From Nitrospirota bacterium (GTDB taxonomy: Bacteria; Nitrospirota; Thermodesulfovibrionia; Thermodesulfovibrionales; Dissulfurispiraceae): a DNA stretch of 64,000 nt. The notes under the pieces were generated by a model. The model ran no database searches and was not told the DNA's origin. It saw only the letters and a list, made by a program, of their open reading frames with translations. A program made the translations under genes and the position numbers. The stretch covers positions 160,001 to 224,000 of the forward strand of contig CAWBMP010000005.1 in NCBI GenBank assembly GCA_963790025.1, written 5' to 3'. Each line of letters opens with the position of its first letter. The first letter of the stretch is position 1. Positions 20,623 to 29,469 of the stretch are shown here, one piece after another.

Positions 20623-21806
20623 TGAAAGAGGTCATGTTCTGTCAGACCGTACAATTGTCTGACATATGCGCTTATTGTCTCAGGCAGGTACCTTCCCCAA
20701 AGCTTGATTGGCACGCGGCCAATATCGACCGAGGAACTGAATCCAACTTCGAACAGGGATTCAACAAGAAACTCCACGTTCTTTGGTAAATAGCCCTTGT
20801 AGCGTTTATTTTCTCTCTGGGCGATTATCCTTTCCTCATGAATACTGTTGCCTAGTTCCGATTCGAACATGTCAGGGAATGTCGAGAGTATCAGCTCTAT
20901 GTTTATCTTCGGCTCTGCATCAGCGAGGAAGGGTTCCAGTCCCTTTTTCAGGTCATCTTCCGGGATTCCGCGGTCCAGGTATTGTTCCCAACTCCGACCG
21001 TCCCTGTATTTTTGACAGACATGTCCGGCATCCCATGTTGTCTCAAGTACCAGGTTGGTGGCCTGATAATTGCCGCTGAATTCTTCCCGTTCGATAACGG
21101 TGATGTCAGGAGTATGCGCCAGGGTCTGTTCCAGTTGTTGCAGTTCGTCCTTGCCGGCCACGATTTTTATCGCCCCAACGTCTTGTATCGCCATGGCGTT
21201 CTTGTCGAACGTTATTCTGCCGTCTTTAAAGCTCCAGGCGATGAATTCCTCGGCATGGATAAATTCTTTTACCATTTCTTCTGCAGGTGTGACCAATCCA
21301 TGGAGAGGGACCCCTGACTGTTTCGCCCTTTCCCCGGCCATCTCCTGGGCCAGTCCAAGTACTTTTTCAAATATCCACTCGGCGATTCTTCGGTTCGCTT
21401 TTTCAGCGATCCTTTTAGGGCGCTTAATTCTGAACAATCCGAGCAGATGGTCCTGTTCATCAAGACACATCACTCCATTTATGGGAGCTTCGCGATAATA
21501 GTAATCGGGGTTTTCCCTATACCGGCTCGCAAGCTCGGCCACCCTTGGAGTTGCATCCCTGTCATCACGGCATATAAGATCGCGAAATTCTCCCTTGAAG
21601 CGAATATTCTTCTGACGGATGGGTTTCTGATAAATCATGCGCAACAGGCGTTTGGCCATAGTCTCCAGGGTTTGACCGATGACGAAGCCGTCACAGATCA
21701 GTATTTCGGAGAGGGCCCGAACGTCGCCCGGTTCAGGGTACCCGCATAACCAGCGCTCGGCGATCTTGAACAAAAATTGCCTGTGTATAAATGAAGTAAG
21801 ATACAC
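20619..21806 (-). CDS. Hypothetical protein with a divergent RelA/SpoT-like nucleotidyltransferase motif series
   Basis: 395-aa ORF; motifs RIKRPKRIAEK, QDVGAIKIV, GNYQATNL, IELILST occur in synthetase order. Confidence 0.6.
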   Translation of the reverse strand: MYLTSFIHRQFLFKIAERWLCGYPEPGDVRALSEILICDGFVIGQTLETMAKRLLRMIYQKPIRQKNIRFKGEFRDLICRDDRDATPRVAELASRYRENPDYYYREAPINGVMCLDEQDHLLGLFRIKRPKRIAEKANRRIAEWIFEKVLGLAQEMAGERAKQSGVPLHGLVTPAEEMVKEFIHAEEFIAWSFKDGRITFDKNAMAIQDVGAIKIVAGKDELQQLEQTLAHTPDITVIEREEFSGNYQATNLVLETTWDAGHVCQKYRDGRSWEQYLDRGIPEDDLKKGLEPFLADAEPKINIELILSTFPDMFESELGNSIHEERIIAQRENKRYKGYLPKNVEFLVESLFEVGFSSSVDIGRVPIKLWGRYLPETISAYVRQLYGLTEHDLFH

Positions 21807-21893
21807 TTTTTTGTAATTCCCTTTCCCGAAACAAAGAGTCTAATTCAAGCTGGATTATAACAGATTTGGGGTGGCACTGTTATAATATGACTG

Positions 21894-22697
21894 ATGAATA
21901 TGTTCATCATTGATAACGAATTTCTCATACGGCTTGGCTGTTTCCTGGCAGTTTTTTGTTCCATGAGTGTTTGGGAGATGGCGGCCCCCAAGCGTATGCT
22001 GACCGTGTCTAAAAGACTTAGATGGATGAACAACCTTATGATAACCTTTCTTAATTCCATTGCCGTTAGGTTGATCTTCCCAGCCGCAGCTATTGGGATA
22101 GTCAGTATGAGTAACTCTGCGGGATGGGGGATTTTTAACGTCTTACCGGTGCCTGCCTTGCCTGCCGGTCTTCTCTCGCTGGTGCTTCTCGACCTCGCAA
22201 TATATTCCCAGCACGCATTGTTTCATAAGGTGACCTTTTTTTGGCGTGTTCACAGGATGCACCATACGGACTTGGATATTGACGTTACAACGGGGGCCAG
22301 ATTTCATACCATAGAGATATTGCTTTCGATGGGCATAAAGATTGCCGTAATTGTCTTTCTCGGCAGTCCAGTGTGGTCTGTTCTGGCCTTTGAGGTCCTG
22401 CTCAACGCCACTTCCATGTTCAATCACAGCAATATCAGCATACCTGTCAATATCGACTCAATTTTGAGAAAAATAGTAGTGACTCCTGATATGCACAGGG
22501 TCCATCACTCCATTGTAATCCAGGAAACAAACAGTAACTTCGGTTTCAATTTTCCATGGTGGGACAGGCTTTTTGGAACTTATCGAGACCAGCCGCTGGC
22601 AGGGCATATGGCGATGGTTATAGGTTTGACGAACTTCAGGGATGCCAAATATCTGACTTTGCCATGGATGCTTGTTGTTCCCTTTCTTGGAATGTGA
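21894..22697 (+). CDS. Sterol desaturase / fatty acid hydroxylase family protein
   Basis: His boxes HALFH, HRMHH, HRVHH; 'NSNFGFNFPWWDRLFGTY'. Confidence 0.92.
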   Translation: MNMFIIDNEFLIRLGCFLAVFCSMSVWEMAAPKRMLTVSKRLRWMNNLMITFLNSIAVRLIFPAAAIGIVSMSNSAGWGIFNVLPVPALPAGLLSLVLLDLAIYSQHALFHKVTFFWRVHRMHHTDLDIDVTTGARFHTIEILLSMGIKIAVIVFLGSPVWSVLAFEVLLNATSMFNHSNISIPVNIDSILRKIVVTPDMHRVHHSIVIQETNSNFGFNFPWWDRLFGTYRDQPLAGHMAMVIGLTNFRDAKYLTLPWMLVVPFLGM

Positions 22698-22711
22698 AAG
22701 TGACGGTGCTG

Positions 22712-22795
22712 AAAGCTAAGAGCTGAGAGTTTAGAGGCCGGAGCTAAAAATAAGTAAGCTATTCTTTCGCTCTTGGCTCTTGACTCTCAGCTCTT
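22712..22795. repeat. Inverted arrays of an AGAGCT-like heptamer forming a hairpin between convergent genes
   Basis: aaagctaagagctgagagtttagagg ... gctcttggctcttgactctcagctctt. Confidence 0.7.
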
Positions 22796-22823
22796 ATTAA
22801 AACACCGCTCGCCATGCGTACAG

Positions 22824-23378
22824 TTAATACCCGGGAGTTGGCCGCGGAGTCGGGTAGAGCGGCGGTTCGGAGCGGAGATCAGGAGGCGGAGGCGGAGGCA
22901 TCGTTCTCCGCATACTAGGAGCCGGGGCCGCTACTCCGGGGACCTGGTTCCCCTTGGCATACATGCACTGCATATAAGCGTTATCGTACCTGCGCTGCGC
23001 ATCCCTGCCATACGCTTCACCAGAACTTGCGCCTGCGGCTGTTCCGACAAGAAGTCCACTGCCGGCGCCGATGGCCGCTCCAGTGCCGGCATTACCCGAT
23101 GCTGCGCCGATTGCTGCACCGAGGCCTGCTCCTATGAGCGTACCCGCGACGGCCCCTGCGGCAGTATTACTATTGGCCGTTTCCTGAGGAGACTTGCCGA
23201 TCTGCTGTGCCGCCCACTGCTTACACATTACGTCATCAACCTGAAATTGATCAAAGGACTTTCCAGTGCCTGGCAGCACCATTACGCTTGGACCCGTTGG
23301 AACGGTCGCACATCCGACCAGCGTGAGCATCACCAGCCACACCAGAGATGAAAAGATGTTGTTTCTGCGTTTAATCAT
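22824..23378 (-). CDS. Glycine-zipper (YMGG-like) lipoprotein
   Basis: Lipobox LVGC; 'GAVAGTLIGAGLGAAIG'; 'QRRYDNAYMQCMYAKGNQVP'. Confidence 0.85.
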   Translation of the reverse strand: MIKRRNNIFSSLVWLVMLTLVGCATVPTGPSVMVLPGTGKSFDQFQVDDVMCKQWAAQQIGKSPQETANSNTAAGAVAGTLIGAGLGAAIGAASGNAGTGAAIGAGSGLLVGTAAGASSGEAYGRDAQRRYDNAYMQCMYAKGNQVPGVAAPAPSMRRTMPPPPPPDLRSEPPLYPTPRPTPGY

Positions 23379-23382
23379 ATTA

Positions 23383-23805
23383 TCACCGCCTTTCGTCCTG
23401 TCGTCCCGTAGGAGGCATACCCTGCATCCCTTCGTCAGGTGGGGCCGAAGGTGGTATGACCTTCTTCCAGCCGCCAGGACACTGTTTTATGTATGGATAG
23501 TAGCCTTCTGGCTTCGTGCAGAAATACCAGTAGTTCTGTTCCTCCGGTTGCGGGGCAGGCTGCACATATACCGGGGGTTGCTGTTGGATAACCACGGGCG
23601 GGGCCGGATAGTACGGATCATAATAATACGGGTATGGCGTAGGCCCCCACCACGGACCCCATCCCGGACCCCAGCCCCATCCCGGACCAATCCAGACTCC
23701 CCCTCTAAAAACGAATCTCTCGTGTGCATATCCTGGCACAGTAGTGGCTAAGAGAAGTGTGAAGATAGAAAGAGTAAGGACGAGAAGAATAACAATCTTT
23801 TTCAT
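23383..23805 (-). CDS. Secreted Pro/Tyr/Gly-rich protein
   Basis: Signal peptide, GPGWGW repeats, 'YWYFC....GYYPYIKQCPGGW'; SD ggagg. Confidence 0.8.
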   Translation of the reverse strand: MKKIVILLVLTLSIFTLLLATTVPGYAHERFVFRGGVWIGPGWGWGPGWGPWWGPTPYPYYYDPYYPAPPVVIQQQPPVYVQPAPQPEEQNYWYFCTKPEGYYPYIKQCPGGWKKVIPPSAPPDEGMQGMPPTGRQDERR

Positions 23806-23968
23806 TTCCAGCCTCCTTTCCGTTAACCTGGCTGCATTCTCATTTCTGCGTGAACGCATTTAAATTTATGCCCCTTTACTAGTATTGTAGTCGAAAAAGC
23901 CATTCGGAAGGTTACAATAAAATCGTCGCGGTAAATTTCCAATTGATATAATGAGTTGTAAGAGACCC

Positions 23969-25948
23969 CTAAGAGATAGTCCTGTCCTTGCCCAGGCTCT
24001 TTGCCTTGTAGAGGGCATTGTCCGCGCATCTGATGATCTCTTCTTTCGTGGGGCCGCATTCAGGATATGTCGCTATGCCGCTGGATACAGTCAAACGTTT
24101 TTTGGGACATCTTTTCCATGCCGGTTTGATATTGCTTTTGATGTTTTCCCTGATCCTTTCCGAAACGCTGAGAGCCTCCGCCTCTGAAGTCTGGGGCATT
24201 ATGATCGTAAACTCCTCTCCGCCGAACCTGGCGAGGATATCATGGGATCTTATCGCGGCGGTCATGATGTATGCTACCTCTTTCAGTATGCCGTCTCCGG
24301 CTATGTGACCCTCTGTGTCGTTGAAAAGCTTGAAGTCGTCGATGTCCATGATCGCAAGTGAAAGAATAAGATTATATCTCTTGGCCCTCAGATATTCCTC
24401 TTCGAGCCGTATGTCGAAGTATCTCCTGTTAAAAAGGCCTGTGAGCGAATCGGTCATCGATAATTTCTTCATTTCCTCCAGCGAGTCGTGGTAGATGCCG
24501 AGTTTTAGAAGGGCCGATGCCTGCAGTATAAAAGGGGACAGCATGGAAACGTCAGTTTGCGCAAAAGATATTCCTGACCGTTTATCACTCAGGTTCAGGA
24601 CCCCGATAATCTCGTCGGCCACCTTCAACGGCATACTCAGCGACGATGAAGTCTTATAATGAGACCGGGGGGTGTTCCCATAATTCTTCAAATCCTTCTC
24701 ACCGGTAATCAGCACAGGCAGACCTTGCTCATATACTTTTCCGGAAATGCCTTCGCCTCGCCGCACCCTCACGTTTTCCATAAGAGCCATGTTGATTCCC
24801 CTGGCCGACTGGACCTCCAGCATACCGTTGCCGTCCGACATCATCAGGGAACATTTTTCGGCGTCGGCCAGGGACGATGCTTCGCTCACAATGCCTTCGT
24901 AAAGGAGTCGGGGTTCCCGATAAAGTGAATAAAGAGAGGACGCATGTATCGAATGCACATTTAACCAGCCGGATGCCGCTTCCAACTCTTCTTTTTTCCT
25001 TCTTATCCTGCAAAGATAAGCTGCGAGTCTGCATAAATCTGTTATGGATTTGCAGGTTTCATCGTCGAGCGATGAGTTGAAGATGGCCAAAATACCAAGC
25101 AGGCCGGCATCAGAGGTGAAAGGGAACATAGTCAGCAGATTTATATCTTCCGGAAATCCGGCCTGCAAAAGTTCATGGCTGTCAAACGCCAAAACAGAAG
25201 TTTCCGCAACTTTAGCTATCAATCTATTGTCGTCTGAAATCCTCAGGTCCTGGATCAATCGTTTTTTTCTGCCTTCGAGGACCTCGGGAAGATATTCACC
25301 ATCTTTCTTGACCAGAATTGTTGCAGTGTCTATTTCGAACAGAAAAATAATGGCATCAATCACAATCTGGTAAATGTTGTGCACCGAATAATCGGAATCT
25401 ATATCGGACATGATGCTTATTATCGTCTTTGCTTGCCGATAACGTTTATTCAGGTTTTGATTCTTGGATTCTGAAGTTATCAGGGTTTGAAGGACAGACC
25501 TGACATTTTCCAAAACAGGTATAATCTCCTCATATGAATAAATGGGGATATCTTTAAGCCATTCCTCTTCAGTTCTTTCCGCTACTCCCAGGGCCTGACC
25601 GCGACTGCTGAAGTAGAATCTTTTGAAATCCTCCGCTGATGCATAGAACCCTTCAGCGAGGACTATCATAGCCTGTCCTTCGCAATGCAGAGGGATGAAT
25701 GCATGATGCTGACCCGTAAGGCCTTCAACAAAGAAAGGTTGATATCTTTCAAGGGCGATTTTAAGCTGTCCGACAATGAACTCTTCATAAAGCTCCTGAA
25801 TTTTGCTGTCGGACTTGATGATGGATAAGAGTCTGTCATGGTTCGACGACGACACAATCGAACGCTGTTTGTCGTCGTAAAGGGTACAGTGCATTTTTGT
25901 CAGACCTGAAAGGGCGTCGAGCGCTTTTTTTAACGAATAATCAAACAT
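23969..25948 (-). CDS. Sensor diguanylate cyclase (PocR-like N-terminus, GAF, GAF, GGDEF)
   Basis: GAF 'GEGISGKV...MPLKVADEIIGVLNL'; 'DSLTGLFNRR'; RxxD followed by 'RFGGEEF'; PocR call tentative. Confidence 0.9.
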   Translation of the reverse strand: MFDYSLKKALDALSGLTKMHCTLYDDKQRSIVSSSNHDRLLSIIKSDSKIQELYEEFIVGQLKIALERYQPFFVEGLTGQHHAFIPLHCEGQAMIVLAEGFYASAEDFKRFYFSSRGQALGVAERTEEEWLKDIPIYSYEEIIPVLENVRSVLQTLITSESKNQNLNKRYRQAKTIISIMSDIDSDYSVHNIYQIVIDAIIFLFEIDTATILVKKDGEYLPEVLEGRKKRLIQDLRISDDNRLIAKVAETSVLAFDSHELLQAGFPEDINLLTMFPFTSDAGLLGILAIFNSSLDDETCKSITDLCRLAAYLCRIRRKKEELEAASGWLNVHSIHASSLYSLYREPRLLYEGIVSEASSLADAEKCSLMMSDGNGMLEVQSARGINMALMENVRVRRGEGISGKVYEQGLPVLITGEKDLKNYGNTPRSHYKTSSSLSMPLKVADEIIGVLNLSDKRSGISFAQTDVSMLSPFILQASALLKLGIYHDSLEEMKKLSMTDSLTGLFNRRYFDIRLEEEYLRAKRYNLILSLAIMDIDDFKLFNDTEGHIAGDGILKEVAYIMTAAIRSHDILARFGGEEFTIIMPQTSEAEALSVSERIRENIKSNIKPAWKRCPKKRLTVSSGIATYPECGPTKEEIIRCADNALYKAKSLGKDRTIS

Positions 25949-26120
25949 AGTATTCTGCGCTTACGCTGTCAGGATAGGAAAAGTGCTGCATAATAAAGAT
26001 CAAACCCCCGTACAAACCCTGTTACAGTCAAGCTAAATTATACATAAAATCAAAATGGAAATGCATATATAATTTCGTTATCGACTTCATTAACATTGAA
26101 AACAGCGTGGACCCATGGAA

Positions 26121-26276
26121 CTTGTTGATTTTTAAGAGATTCAGGACCTTTGTAAGTTCATAGAGCTTGAAGAGTATTTTCATAAGCTCCTTAGGAAAAA
26201 GGTCGACCTCATTGACAAGCAGGGGATTCGCCCGGAACTTAAAGACCGCATTCTCAAAGAAGTCGTCTACATATGA
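26121..26276 (+). pseudogene. C-terminal remnant of an MNT (minimal nucleotidyltransferase) antitoxin with an in-frame stop
   Basis: Translates LVDF*EIQDLCKFIELEEYFHKLLRKKVDLIDKQGIRPELKDRILKEVVYI*. Confidence 0.7.
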
Positions 26277-26338
26277 CACTGGATTACAGCCTGTACGTAA
26301 AAGACATTCTTGGGCCGATCCTTAGCACGCCCTTGTGA
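26273..26338 (+). pseudogene. N-terminal stub of a DUF86/HepT HEPN toxin
   Basis: ATGA overlap with the MNT remnant; MTLDYSLYVKDIL resembles the 'MKRDYxLYxxDIL' start, then truncated. Confidence 0.6.
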
Positions 26339-26341
26339 AAC

Positions 26342-26360
26342 TATACGCCACTGACGTATA
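26342..26360. promoter_or_regulatory. Palindromic TA operator overlapping the -10 box
   Basis: TATACGcCAcTGaCGTATA lies between TTGTGA (26333) and TATAAT (26357). Confidence 0.7.
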
Positions 26361-26368
26361 ATGGTTAT

Positions 26369-26567
26369 ATGGTAATTATAGAGACCCCGATATTCACAAA
26401 AAGGCTACAGGGCATTTTTACTGACGAGGAATACAGGACTTTGCAAATCGACTTGATTGGCAGGCCAAATGCAGGAGCAATAATACCTCGTAGCGGAGGA
26501 CTGAGAAAGCTTCAAGGATGAGCAACTTAAACAATTAAAAAGGATTGTTGAAGGAGAATACAAATGA
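26369..26567 (+). pseudogene. HigB-2/RelE-like toxin with an internal deletion and frameshift
   Basis: MVIIETPIFTK...GAIIPRSGGLRKL joins out of frame to the C-terminal KDEQLKQLKRIVEGEYK; central GxRVIY segment absent. Confidence 0.8.
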
Positions 26568-26875
26568 AAAAAGAGCTGTTTGATGAGCTTTTGGAAAGCG
26601 TAAAGCAAGGGGCGGCAATTGTAAAAGGGACTTTAAAGCCTTCTCGCACATTCAAATTCCCCGAATCGGAGGTCCGGAAAATAAGAAATCAATACGGCCT
26701 GTCTCAAGATAAGTTTGCTGCTCTCATGGGAATAAGCGTTGCTACGCTTCGCAACTGGGAACAAGGACGCAGGAAACCGGAAGGCCCGGCAAGGATACTT
26801 CTAAGCGTTGCTTCAAAGCACCCGGATGCCTTGCTCGACGTTGTCCATAAGAGGAGAACGAGGAAGACAGCATGA
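26564..26875 (+). CDS. HigA-2/NadS-like HTH antitoxin
   Basis: 'LFDELLESVKQ'; Xre HTH 'LSQDKFAALMGISVATLRNWEQGRRKPEGPA'. Confidence 0.9.
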   Translation: MKKELFDELLESVKQGAAIVKGTLKPSRTFKFPESEVRKIRNQYGLSQDKFAALMGISVATLRNWEQGRRKPEGPARILLSVASKHPDALLDVVHKRRTRKTA

Positions 26876-27061
26876 GTACATATTGCAGCGATTTTGACGA
26901 TTTTCTCAGGTGATAGGATATACTTGCCCTGGCTCAGGCTGTTGAAAAACTTACTCCAGAATCGGGCTTAAGAATTGACACCTACTGCTTCGCCATAATA
27001 CACTTGCGGATTTCGGTTAATAACATACATCTTGGAGGTACAGTTCAACCCTGAAAACTAA

Positions 27062-27898
27062 TCAGGAGGATTGATTGATAAGTCGAACTACCTGTCTATG
27101 GCCTGGGATCTCGATCTTCTTCTCCTGAAAGCTTTCAAGCAGTGACTGATAGACCTCGGTCTGCGCCACAAAAAAATCATCGACGCTCACCCAGGGTTGG
27201 ATAGATAAGGTGATGAATGAATCACCCAGGGATGCAATCCCGAAACCGGGAACAGGCTCTTTGAGTATACGAGGGTTCTCTTTCAATACATTGTCGACCA
27301 ACGAACGGGCAAGGTTAAGGTCTGTGCCATAGGCTACGCCAACAGACAGATCAAGCTGCCGGATCTTGCCGTAATTATGCAGTATCTCTCCTACGATTTT
27401 GCGGTTAGGCACGATTACACGAGAATTATCCGCATGTAGCAAGGTGGTAGAAAATAGTGCAATATCAGTCACCTGTCCGTATACCCTGAGCACCTCAATG
27501 TATTCGCCAACAGTGAATGGTTTTGTGAAAATGATGGTTAATCCAGCAACGAGATTGCCGAGCAGCCCCTGCATTGCAAGACTCGCTCCGACACCTGCTA
27601 CCCCGATCCCTGCTATAAGCGGTGTAATCTGTATCCCCATCTGGCCAAGCGCCATGATTCCAATAAAGGCAATGATAAGGAGTTTAATCACCCTTACGAT
27701 GAGAGTGCTGACCGGCTCGTCAAATGCCTTTTTTCTCAGCCAGCGCTCCACGATATTACCGATCCACCGGGCAATAAGCACACCAATCCCCATAAGGACA
27801 ATGGCGGTGAGAATTTGAATACCGTGCTCCACAAAATAGAGAATTATCTTCTCCGCTACGTCCGGTGATTTCAGGCCTGATGCTGATTGATTTGTCAT
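27062..27898 (-). CDS. mscS: Small-conductance mechanosensitive channel
   Basis: 3 TM segments, 'AGIGVAGVGASLAMQGLLGNLVAG', 'KPFTVGEYI', 'IVPN', 'VGVAYGTD'. Confidence 0.92.
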   Translation of the reverse strand: MTNQSASGLKSPDVAEKIILYFVEHGIQILTAIVLMGIGVLIARWIGNIVERWLRKKAFDEPVSTLIVRVIKLLIIAFIGIMALGQMGIQITPLIAGIGVAGVGASLAMQGLLGNLVAGLTIIFTKPFTVGEYIEVLRVYGQVTDIALFSTTLLHADNSRVIVPNRKIVGEILHNYGKIRQLDLSVGVAYGTDLNLARSLVDNVLKENPRILKEPVPGFGIASLGDSFITLSIQPWVSVDDFFVAQTEVYQSLLESFQEKKIEIPGHRQVVRLINQSS

Positions 27899-28099
27899 GG
27901 TTCTCCGCCTCTCGAAAAAAGAATAGCATAGGAGGGTTGAATTTACAACACAACAATTTTTGCTTGTCAATTTTTGTTGTCAAAAAACTTTAGGGCAGTT
28001 ACCTGATGATCCGTTTTTAAATTGACAAACATAGAGGTATATGGTATCAATTTAGTGAACATTCAGCCAATAAGGAAATTAAAATAAAAGGGGTAAGAT

Positions 28100-28555
28100 A
28101 TGTTAAAAGAGTTCAAAGAATTTGCCCTGCGCGGCAATGTAGTTGATATGGCTGTTGGAATTATTATCGGTGCATCTTTTAGTACAATTGTCACTTCGCT
28201 GGTATCCGATATTCTTATGCCCCCCATAGGTATTCTCATAGGTAATGTTGATTTTTCGAGCTTCTTTATTGTTCTCAAAGAAGGTAAGATTCTTGGCCCT
28301 TATGTTTCACCTTCTGCAGCGAAGGCAGCCGGGGCGGTTACGATCAACTATGGTATGTTCGTGAATACTATTATCAGCTTTTTAATCGTGGCCTTTGCAG
28401 TCTTTCTTCTGGTTCGCAGTATCAACAAGCTCAAAAGACAGGAACAAGCTTCACCAGCAGTTATAAGAACTAAGGAATGCCCCTATTGCCTGTCTGTTAT
28501 CCCTATTAAGGCCATTCGTTGTGCTCAATGTACCTCTGAGCTGAAGGAATCATGA
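28100..28555 (+). CDS. mscL: Large-conductance mechanosensitive channel with a C-terminal Zn-ribbon-like tail
   Basis: '[24 protein letters not shown]'; 'CPYC...[11 protein letters not shown]'. Confidence 0.96.
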   Translation: MLKEFKEFALRGNVVDMAVGIIIGASFSTIVTSLVSDILMPPIGILIGNVDFSSFFIVLKEGKILGPYVSPSAAKAAGAVTINYGMFVNTIISFLIVAFAVFLLVRSINKLKRQEQASPAVIRTKECPYCLSVIPIKAIRCAQCTSELKES

Positions 28556-28612
28556 AATTATTGAGATGATGAGAAGAGACCTGTGAATAGTTTTTTTGTT
28601 AAGGAGAAAAAT

Positions 28613-29332
28613 ATGAAAAAGCCGGTCTATTTTATTATTGTGGCAGTTATTTTATGTACATCGACTCTAACGCATGCGGGGTTCTTTGATGACGTAATGA
28701 AAGGTGTTGGCACTTCATCTAAAGGTATATCTGATGACAGCACGATAGCCTCAGGGCTTAAGGAAGCCTTATCTATAGGGACACAAAAAGCAGTAAATAA
28801 CGTTTCGCAGGTAAATGGATATTTCGGCAATCAGCTAATCAAAATTCTCATGCCTGACAAAATTCAGCAAGTCGCAGGAGTTCTAAGAAAGGCTGGCTAC
28901 CAGAAAGAGGTTGATGATTTTGTGCTCAGCATGAATCGGGCAGCAGAAAAGGCAGCGCCCCAGGCGACGTCCTTCTTTGTTGATGCAATAAAAGAAATGA
29001 CCTTTGATGATGCAAAAGGTATTCTTAACGGGGGGGACACTGCTGCAACAGATTTCTTCAAGAAAAAAACGAATGATAAGATTTATAACGCATTCAAACC
29101 CATTATTTCATCGAGCATGGATGAAGTCGGCGTAACACATTCATACAAAGCGATGATGGGAAAATATGAATCTATTCCTTTCATGAGCAAAGAATCGGTG
29201 GACCTCGACCACTATGTAACAACCAAAGCCATGGATGGTCTTTTTTCCATGGTTGGCCAGGAGGAAAAGAAGATCAGAACTGATCCGTCAGCGCGGGTGA
29301 CGGACTTATTGAAAAGCGTGTTCGGGAAATAG
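28613..29332 (+). CDS. DUF4197 secreted protein
   Basis: '[11 protein letters not shown]', 'SMNRAAEKA', '[22 protein letters not shown]'. Confidence 0.9.
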   Translation: MKKPVYFIIVAVILCTSTLTHAGFFDDVMKGVGTSSKGISDDSTIASGLKEALSIGTQKAVNNVSQVNGYFGNQLIKILMPDKIQQVAGVLRKAGYQKEVDDFVLSMNRAAEKAAPQATSFFVDAIKEMTFDDAKGILNGGDTAATDFFKKKTNDKIYNAFKPIISSSMDEVGVTHSYKAMMGKYESIPFMSKESVDLDHYVTTKAMDGLFSMVGQEEKKIRTDPSARVTDLLKSVFGK

Positions 29333-29469
29333 CTGCAAGCCCTTCTTAAAGAGACTGGACTTTCAGCAAGTCTTCATTCCAACTGGTAGCGCAGAAATGA
29401 GGATTTGCAGAATAGTTCATTAATTTACGGATAGTGTATAATGCAAATAATTCCATGCGGAGGTGCGTT

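Noticed and set aside
26028..26279. 83-aa minus-strand ORF
   Set aside because: It is a shadow of the plus-strand MNT remnant
26935..26950. IS terminal repeat (caggctgttgaaaaac)
   Set aside because: Single short end with no partner or transposase
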